From IMG/VR virus record IMGVR_UViG_3300006810_000037, positions 5,775 through 69,774 of that record: a DNA stretch of 64,000 bases; one strand, 5' to 3'. Positions within the stretch are counted from its first letter, which is position 1; the number at the start of each line of letters is the position of its first letter. Position numbers and translations under genes: made by a program. The notes below the pieces were generated by a model that saw only the letters and a list, made by a program, of their open reading frames with translations, was not told the origin of the DNA and searched no databases. The DNA is from a virus. Below, one piece after another: positions 55,070 through 61,774 of the stretch.

Positions 55070-56278
55070 ATGACTAAGAAAAAGATTTTATGGAGTGGTG
55101 ACGTTGTTGCCATGACCGGCTTCGCTCGCGTAACAGAAAATTTAATTACCCGACTCGATGATAAATATGAAATCATTGTTCTCGGAAACAATTGGTGGGG
55201 TGATCCCGCACCTGAATTGCAAAACAGATTCAGGATGTATCCATCTTCCAATCGACACCAAACAGAACCATTTGGTGTGCAGCGTATCCGCGAAGTTGTG
55301 GAACGTGAAAAACCTGACATTGTCTTTGTAAACAATGATGTTTGGATTGTTAACCAAATCTATTCACAGATTGAAAATCTACATAAGAAAGGGGACTTCA
55401 AGTTTGTCGCTTACTGTCCCATGGATTCTTATGAGTGGGCAGGCGGCTTACTTGATAAGAGTCCTGCTTGGGATAAACTTATTATCTACACCCAGTTTGG
55501 CGCTCGCGAATTTATGAACGCGGGATTCCCTAAAGAAATTGTAGTTATTCCGCATGGCGTTACAACTTCTCAGTTCACAACTTTAGATAAAGCTGAATGT
55601 CGTAGAGAGCTTGGTCTCAAAGAAGAAAGCTTTATCGTGTTTAATGGAAATAGAAACCAAGCACGTAAGCGTCAAGACGTGACCATTGAAGCCTTCGCTA
55701 AATTTGCGGAAGACAAGCCTGATGCAATGCTTTATATGCACATGGGGCTTAAAGATCAAGGCTGGGACATCATGTCATTATTTGCACAAGAAATGAATAA
55801 GCGTGGCATTGATGCAAATGGGCGCATCATCATGACATCAAATAGTCCGCACCCTCCTAATGTTCCAGTAAGACTTTTAAATGTTATTTATAACGCAGTA
55901 GACGTGGGTGTAAATACCTGTAAAGGCGAGGGGCATGGTCTTGTCAACCATGAACATGCTGCCTGTGGTGTGGCGCAAGTTGTACCAGATCACACTTCTT
56001 TAAAAGAAATTTTCCATGGCGCTGGACTTCTTATTGATACTGCATTCGTTGATGTAGACATGAATTTTAATCGAAGAATGCCAGTCCCTTCCGCTGATCA
56101 TCTTGCTGAGATTCTTAATGACCTGTATCATGATCGAGAAAAATTAAAGGCAATCGGAATGGCATGTAAGGAACGAGCTCTGGATCCTATGTACCAATGG
56201 GAAACAATTGCCGCGAACTTCGAAGAGGTATTCGATGAGGTGCTGGAAGAGAAGGTGGACACAGAGCAGGCCGCCTAA
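55070..56278 (+). CDS. GT-B fold glycosyltransferase (GT4-like)
   Basis: TGFARV, VIPHGV, NRNQARKR, GEGHGLVNHEHAACG (E-x7-E). Confidence 0.88.
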   Translation: MTKKKILWSGDVVAMTGFARVTENLITRLDDKYEIIVLGNNWWGDPAPELQNRFRMYPSSNRHQTEPFGVQRIREVVEREKPDIVFVNNDVWIVNQIYSQIENLHKKGDFKFVAYCPMDSYEWAGGLLDKSPAWDKLIIYTQFGAREFMNAGFPKEIVVIPHGVTTSQFTTLDKAECRRELGLKEESFIVFNGNRNQARKRQDVTIEAFAKFAEDKPDAMLYMHMGLKDQGWDIMSLFAQEMNKRGIDANGRIIMTSNSPHPPNVPVRLLNVIYNAVDVGVNTCKGEGHGLVNHEHAACGVAQVVPDHTSLKEIFHGAGLLIDTAFVDVDMNFNRRMPVPSADHLAEILNDLYHDREKLKAIGMACKERALDPMYQWETIAANFEEVFDEVLEEKVDTEQAA

Positions 56279-56297
56279 GCTCAAAGGCCAAGAAGCA

Positions 56298-56322
56298 GCC
56301 CCTTGAATAAGGGGGTTTTTTT
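56298..56322 (+). terminator. Intrinsic terminator
   Basis: GCCCCTT-GAAT-AAGGGGG followed by a T run. Confidence 0.75.
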
Positions 56323-56332
56323 AATATTCTTA

Positions 56333-56377
56333 GTGTACGTTTTCTTTTGTCTTAGTTAAAATAAAGGTGTAATCGGT
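56333..56377 (+). repeat. Bipartite motif, copy 4
   Basis: GTGTACGTTT-N24-GTGTAATCGGT. Confidence 0.8.
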
Positions 56378-56381
56378 TTTT

Positions 56382-56780
56382 GTGATGTCTTCATTGACTC
56401 GCCGTCGCTACAAAGCACTTCCATTTAACTCGCTCGAACAGGCCCAGGAATACTTGAAACTTTCTGATAAATATCCAAGCGGACTAGAGTGGGTTTACGA
56501 GGACGGCTGGCGCACTAAGGGTGAAATGTGCGGTAAGTGGAACGCAACTGGTGAGTACTATGTCGTCCGCTTGTTTGGAGAGCAATACCATGCACACCGA
56601 ATTGTTTACTACTTAAGGACAGGAGAAGACCCTTCGGGTAAAGACATTATCCACGGAGAAACAAATAAATCTAAAGACAACAGAAAGGATCTTATGGCAT
56701 GGGAAGGGCTTAGGGTCAACAATGTGTCTCACAGGGGCGCACTCCGTTTTCGTACTATCAAAGAAAAGAAAAGTGCCTGA
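56382..56780 (+). CDS. Degenerate HNH-endonuclease-like protein
   Basis: YHAHRIVYYL.TG..P...IIH.....DNR resembles phage HNH proteins with an altered active site. Confidence 0.55.
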   Translation: MMSSLTRRRYKALPFNSLEQAQEYLKLSDKYPSGLEWVYEDGWRTKGEMCGKWNATGEYYVVRLFGEQYHAHRIVYYLRTGEDPSGKDIIHGETNKSKDNRKDLMAWEGLRVNNVSHRGALRFRTIKEKKSA

Positions 56781-57414
56781 GAAAAAGCAACGTATCGTTC
56801 TTCCATTTCACAAGGACATTGATATCCTCGATGCTGAAGGCCTGGAAAACCTAGGGCTCTATCGAGGAATGGATTGCATTCACGGGCACAGCATACGTAA
56901 CATCAAAGACAAATGGTGTTACCACTGTGCTCACAGAATCTCAGTGAACTCCTGCGGGTTTGACATTAACTATATAGATAGCGAATATAAAATTCGCTTT
57001 CTAGAATTTTTAAAACATGTAGATGTAAAAGGCACTAATGATTGCTGGCCCTGTGACATAAAGAGTAAGAGGATGACATTTCCTTCTTATAGATCAGAGT
57101 CTTCAAAAGCATTCTCTGAGAATTTGATGGTTGCGAAGATTATGTACACTGCAGCATGGGGGGATATAGGTTCACTAAGACTAACCAGGAAAAAAGATGT
57201 TTGTACAGTTGACAACTGTGTAAACCCCCTTCACTGGGAGTGTGTTTTAAATATTGACGTAGCTCCGAAAACAATTCATCCTCTGGTGTATGAATTAGAT
57301 TTTGCAAAAATAAAACACTATGGAATTTTGAAGCAGCAAAAAAAGGTAGAGGATTATCGCCTTTCTCAATTCAAAAAGCACATCATTCACCCATCTTTAT
57401 TAATACAAGGCTAA
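56773..57414 (+). CDS. His-Me finger-like zinc-binding protein
   Basis: CIHGH...CYHC, DCWP and VC....CVNPLH motifs; GTG start inferred. Confidence 0.55.
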   Translation: MPEKKQRIVLPFHKDIDILDAEGLENLGLYRGMDCIHGHSIRNIKDKWCYHCAHRISVNSCGFDINYIDSEYKIRFLEFLKHVDVKGTNDCWPCDIKSKRMTFPSYRSESSKAFSENLMVAKIMYTAAWGDIGSLRLTRKKDVCTVDNCVNPLHWECVLNIDVAPKTIHPLVYELDFAKIKHYGILKQQKKVEDYRLSQFKKHIIHPSLLIQG

Positions 57415-57457
57415 AGAACATCTTCGACTAAAATTAAGTTAATACAGTTAACTTATA

Positions 57458-58315
57458 ATGTCACGCATATCGCAAACTACTCCTCAAAGAGGGAGAAATG
57501 CAAACACTCCGTTCCCTTTAGGTACCTTTAACCAGCTTACCCTCCGCGTTATAACAGGTGAATTAGGGCCTGTCTATAAGCCAGTGGGTTTTTCTGATAC
57601 CCTTAGAAACTCTAATGGCGGAATGGGAGGAGGTACATACAACGCTTGGTACCAAGTAGAGTTGGCTGTTCCAGCTTGGATAATCCTAACGAAAGGTTCT
57701 TTTAAGCCTAGAGATTTAAATATATCTGTCTATGATACAAATCAAATAGAAAAATTTGGCAGAAACATATTCGAGAAAACTGGAATAAGTACTGAAGTTG
57801 CTGTCCAAGATTTTAGTATTGATCCGGCTTCTGTAACTATTTCCATGCCTGCTCTTGCGCGTAAAGCTTTCACTGATTGGGCAAAAATTTTCTCGGGAGA
57901 GACCTTTAATTACTATCCCTACTACAATACTGTTGCTGCCACTGGTTCAGATTTATACAATACTTATGAAGCTTACAGTCTAGATAAAGGGGATGACATG
58001 TATTACCCATTGCCTGTGGGTAAATATCTAATCTGCATTTCTATGACAAAAAATGAACCACGTGCTTATGAAGTTGGTTTAGTTGTTGAGCCAAAGGATG
58101 ATATTGTTTACGTTCTTTGTGAAGATGTTTCTGTTGTAAATCTAGGGCTCGAGGATACTACAAGTTCGAGCAATTTATTGGGCGATGCTACACCTGGTTT
58201 CTTTGACACAACCCATGATCATTCCTTGTCTGATTGGGAAGCGGCGTGGAAACGGGATAATAAACCTAATTCTCAACTGCCTGTCATATTTTATCCTTTG
58301 TTAAACAGAGGATAA
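57458..58315 (+). CDS. Hypothetical (possibly structural) protein
   Basis: ORF preceded by TAAAAT; beta-rich. Confidence 0.6.
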   Translation: MSRISQTTPQRGRNANTPFPLGTFNQLTLRVITGELGPVYKPVGFSDTLRNSNGGMGGGTYNAWYQVELAVPAWIILTKGSFKPRDLNISVYDTNQIEKFGRNIFEKTGISTEVAVQDFSIDPASVTISMPALARKAFTDWAKIFSGETFNYYPYYNTVAATGSDLYNTYEAYSLDKGDDMYYPLPVGKYLICISMTKNEPRAYEVGLVVEPKDDIVYVLCEDVSVVNLGLEDTTSSSNLLGDATPGFFDTTHDHSLSDWEAAWKRDNKPNSQLPVIFYPLLNRG

Positions 58316-58354
58316 GCATTTTGCCCTTTAGAATAAAGTATTAGCAAAACGAGC

Positions 58355-58513
58355 ATGTCGGAAAAAGTATTAGTTTCAGAAAAAGTAAAGGATCTCATTG
58401 CTTCCTACTGGAGCGGGCCAGCTAAACAGCATAAATCGAATCCTACAAAAGCTTTTGAGCGGTATTGCAAAGAGGAGCCCTAGCAGTTAGAGTGTAGACA
58501 ATATGATACTTAA
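58355..58513 (+). pseudogene. CP12 C-terminal-like peptide with an in-frame TAG
   Basis: MSEKV...AFERYCKEEP*QLECRQYDT; C-x8-C..YD matches the CP12 C-terminal loop; TAG at 58481-58483. Confidence 0.6.
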
Positions 58514-58515
58514 AT

Positions 58516-59292
58516 GTGTCAACACTTATCACTAACATCCCGCCCCAAAAAGTCTGGGTACGTAAAGAGTATCTTAGGGATTTACGTGATGGGTTTGGTG
58601 AGTACGTGCTTGGTTATTGGGTCTCTCTTAAGTCCTTACCGGGGAGGCCGTTTTACTTTGAAACCTACTTACCGGAATATGGTGCGCTCTATGACAAGCT
58701 ACCGATATCTGCTTTTCTAAACTGGGATTCAGATTCTCCTGAATGTCCTGTCGCTCCAGATCCAGATCTTGATCTTGAAAACCTGCAATTTTGGAATTGT
58801 TTTAGCCATGATATTGTCACACTTGAAAAAAATCTTACTTATACAATGCGGTGGGAAATACGTACTAAGACCTTTGGCACTCTTTGTGGTGATTACTTGT
58901 TTACTATCGACAGCTTTAACGGTGATCGCAGCCGCACAGACATCAGTTTCGCGGAAACCCCAGACGAACACAAATCCTTCAATGTCATCGCACTGCAAAA
59001 TGGTCAGCTTGCAGCCTATCCCAACAACAGATGCCGTCTTATTGATCCTTCTCTGTCACCCGAAGAACTCAAAACCCCAGATTTTCTTGTCTCCACGCGA
59101 TACTTTAATGTCGAGTATCCCAATGAAAAGTTTGGAAGACTAGGGAAGTCTGAAGAATATTTCTGGGAAACCAATACTGAAAAGCAAAGAACAGATGATC
59201 ATAAGTTTATTGAAAGCGTTTACCAGAAGGTAACTAATCGGGACTATAAGGTTTTTGTTCCTGATAATGATGACGAAGCCTTCGACCTGTGA
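58516..59292 (+). CDS. Conserved marine phage protein
   Basis: VWVRKEYL, YDKLPISAF, EHKSFN and NGQ.AAYPNNR motifs. Confidence 0.75.
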   Translation: MSTLITNIPPQKVWVRKEYLRDLRDGFGEYVLGYWVSLKSLPGRPFYFETYLPEYGALYDKLPISAFLNWDSDSPECPVAPDPDLDLENLQFWNCFSHDIVTLEKNLTYTMRWEIRTKTFGTLCGDYLFTIDSFNGDRSRTDISFAETPDEHKSFNVIALQNGQLAAYPNNRCRLIDPSLSPEELKTPDFLVSTRYFNVEYPNEKFGRLGKSEEYFWETNTEKQRTDDHKFIESVYQKVTNRDYKVFVPDNDDEAFDL

Positions 59293-59704
59293 AAGAAGAA
59301 AGAAGCTTACTTTTATTAAACGTTTTGATAATGGTCAGCTTCTTAAAGCTTTTTTGACGCCCGTTAATGTCAAAAACAATAAATGCATATGGAATTTTGC
59401 CATCGCAATCAGTCGTTCCAACAGGCAAATAAATGATTGGAATAGTTGCAGGAAAAACAAACGTGTAAATAAAATTAAATCCAAGCTAACTGGTAATGTT
59501 GGAGCCAAGTCTTTAATAGAAGCTGCACGCATTACTAGGAAATGCTTTTTGCATATACAAAAAGGAGATTCAATAATTTTTAAATGCGAATCATCAATAC
59601 CTAAAAAACAGCTGAGGGTTTTTAAAAAGTGGCTCATAGGCAGGGAAAAATTAAATTGGGAATATTTAGAAGATCTTAATATTTTCTTTATCTATAAAAA
59701 ATAG
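59255..59704 (+). CDS. Hypothetical basic protein
   Basis: ORF track. Confidence 0.55.
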   Translation: MFLIMMTKPSTCERRKKLTFIKRFDNGQLLKAFLTPVNVKNNKCIWNFAIAISRSNRQINDWNSCRKNKRVNKIKSKLTGNVGAKSLIEAARITRKCFLHIQKGDSIIFKCESSIPKKQLRVFKKWLIGREKLNWEYLEDLNIFFIYKK

Positions 59705-59740
59705 AAGCAATTATAATTAAAGATGTTAAACATTATTAAC

Positions 59741-59887
59741 ATGGAAGACATTCTTACCAATCCTTACTTTTGGATCGTGATTGCAGCCTTGTCTGAAATC
59801 ATTGGCATTTCTCCCTTGAAAGACAATAGCATCGTGCAGTTAGTTATTAAGGCTATCAACTCGCTCAAGCCTGTAAAAAAGGGCTGA
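59741..59887 (+). CDS. Small membrane protein, holin-like (48 aa, not in ORF track)
   Basis: MEDILTNPYFWIVIAALSEIIGISPLKDNSIVQLVIKAINSLKPVKKG; near the endolysin. Confidence 0.65.
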   Translation: MEDILTNPYFWIVIAALSEIIGISPLKDNSIVQLVIKAINSLKPVKKG

Positions 59888-60108
59888 TGCCACCGGATGG
59901 TAAAGTAATCTTCACTATCAGCAATAGGTCATTTCTTGACGACGTTAACCGCGAGGTAAGTCGTCAAAAGTTTTATGCAACTTTGTCTAGTAAACTAGAT
60001 AACGCAGAAGAAGAGTGGCATGAAAGTCAACCTCCTTCTGTACCTCCTCCCATAGAGCTGGGAGATTTGCATATTCGTGCGCCCTGGCATCAATCATCTA
60101 GTGGCTGA
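59887..60108 (+). CDS. Hypothetical protein, possible -1 frameshift extension of the holin-like gene
   Basis: In the -1 frame directly after A-AAA-AAG. Confidence 0.6.
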   Translation: MPPDGKVIFTISNRSFLDDVNREVSRQKFYATLSSKLDNAEEEWHESQPPSVPPPIELGDLHIRAPWHQSSSG

Positions 60109-60322
60109 AACCAAAAGATGATTCCATTTTCTTTTTGAATGCTTTTACGTAGAGCGTAGGCTTGATCCTTTGATAGGGTTTCACACCTACGCTCTTTATT
60201 AATTTCCCAACAAACATTAACACGCAATAATTTATCTTTTTTCATCTTGTTTTACTGATGATGATTAAGATACCAGAAGCAATTGCCCAGCTTGTTAAAA
60301 ACTATATATATATATAATAAGA

Positions 60323-61009
60323 CTAGAGAATCTCAAAGACTTTTTTACAGATCTGATACTTGGCAAGTCTATCATCGTACCCATTCCAACCGCCGTTAAT
60401 GCGATAACAGCATTGATCAAATCCTTGATGGATACAAACATCTAATAGTTTGTTGTCTTCGATCCAGCTAATAGCAGAACGGAAAGGATATTGATCAGCT
60501 ACGTAGTCACATCCGCGTTCAACAATTTTAGGGTCGTGTAGCTTCTCCGCGCAACGCTCATAGTTATAGCGTCCTGTTAATTGCAATACACCAGCACCTT
60601 TAAATTTAGGGCCATCACCTGGCTGTATATTGCCAAGATCTGTACGTCCTTCATAAGCCCAGCCATCGGCTAGCTCTTTGAGCCATATAAAATTGTTTGT
60701 TTCATGCATTAAATTTGCAGTGAGCATGGCAACAGCAAAGTCGAATTTATCGAATCCTGTTGCCATTAATAGCTTATTGAAATCACCACAGAAGGTCGCA
60801 TCAAATTTATCTGCAGCGTAGCCGGTAAGCTGCTGCATGACCTGTGGCGTGATTATGTTTTTAGCTGGATCAGCCGGGCCAGCACGGTAAAGTTCTGCGA
60901 ATTCATCAAGCACATCTTCTGGAATTTTAGATTCCAAAAAATTGAATGCCGCAATTTGATGCGGCAATTCCTTGTAGTACTTTGCTGCGTTATTTAGGTT
61001 GATCGGCAT
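60323..61009 (-). CDS. GH19 chitinase-like endolysin
   Basis: HET, YEGRTDLGN..PGDG..FKG.G..QLTGR.NY, INGG.NG..DR; ATG 61009 with a GAGG RBS. Confidence 0.9.
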   Translation of the reverse strand: MPINLNNAAKYYKELPHQIAAFNFLESKIPEDVLDEFAELYRAGPADPAKNIITPQVMQQLTGYAADKFDATFCGDFNKLLMATGFDKFDFAVAMLTANLMHETNNFIWLKELADGWAYEGRTDLGNIQPGDGPKFKGAGVLQLTGRYNYERCAEKLHDPKIVERGCDYVADQYPFRSAISWIEDNKLLDVCIHQGFDQCCYRINGGWNGYDDRLAKYQICKKVFEIL

Positions 61010-61163
61010 CACACACCTCTTCCTCTTCAGGATCGAAATCAAGAGTGTCAATTAATTTTTTAATTAAGTCTAAGGAAAATGCAATAAGGTTGGGATCACC
61101 TGTGACCCTGGCTGAAGCAAAAGAATTAATGCCAGAGACCAATTCGCTTTTTTTGCAAGACAT
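60990..61163 (-). CDS. Small hypothetical protein (57 aa, not in ORF track)
   Basis: MSCKKSELVSGINSFASARVTGDPNLIAFS... Confidence 0.55.
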   Translation of the reverse strand: MSCKKSELVSGINSFASARVTGDPNLIAFSLDLIKKLIDTLDFDPEEEEVCDADQPK

Positions 61164-61196
61164 GAAAACAAATGAACTTCAATAAATATAACATAA

Positions 61197-61505
61197 TTAC
61201 CAAGGAACTCCGCGAGCAGTTGTCGGATTTAAAATTTCTTCTTCTTGTGCTGCTAGGCCTGATTCGATTGAAGTAACTGTTTCATTTCCCAGTGCATCTT
61301 TTGCCCATTGCACTGCTTGTTCTTGGGTAATTTGATCATAAGGAGTGTAATTATCTGGGTCAGGTTCCCCTAATCCTACGCTTCCATAGCTATTTGTTTG
61401 TCCTAATTGTGCTGTCCAGTGTAACGTGGTTACCAAACCCTCTGGAGGTGTATCTCCATCAGGAAGATCCCTGACCATTGAAACTACATTCCAAATTACT
61501 GCCAT
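61197..61505 (-). CDS. Tail-fibre-associated small protein
   Basis: W.V..M.R...G.V..LHW...YGSVGL...TPYDQIT.E....W...ALG...GVPW family found after fibre genes. Confidence 0.7.
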   Translation of the reverse strand: MAVIWNVVSMVRDLPDGDTPPEGLVTTLHWTAQLGQTNSYGSVGLGEPDPDNYTPYDQITQEQAVQWAKDALGNETVTSIESGLAAQEEEILNPTTARGVPW

Positions 61506-61582
61506 GATTAAAAATTACTGATATTCATATTTTAAATCATGTATTGATTGTTTTTATAAATTTATTTTAATTTAAACATTTT

Positions 61583-61705
61583 TCAAAGAACAGCAGAATA
61601 GGCCTCGCCATCTGTAGCATTAACCGTGTAGTGAGCGGTATAAACAAAACCATCAGCGGTTTCCCGCTCAAGATTTGCGATGGCCCATGTGAAAGCGATG
61701 GTCAT
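61583..61705 (-). pseudogene. Truncated paralog of the tail-fibre-associated protein
   Basis: MTIAFTWAIANLERETADGFVYTAHYTVNATDGEAYSAVL* stops before the YGS.GL motif. Confidence 0.6.
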
Positions 61706-61774
61706 AGTTATTAGTAACCTGTTGTGACTGTAGTAGAAAAGCACCGATTTTGCGCGGGGCGGGTTGCCGAAGCA

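Noticed and set aside
58481-58483. Genome-wide stop-codon reassignment
   Set aside because: TAG, TAA and TGA all end clear genes, long ORFs are intact in code 11, and no suppressor tRNA is present
60303-60318. (TA)n tract as a functional element
   Set aside because: Simple microsatellite in an AT-rich gap with no supporting context
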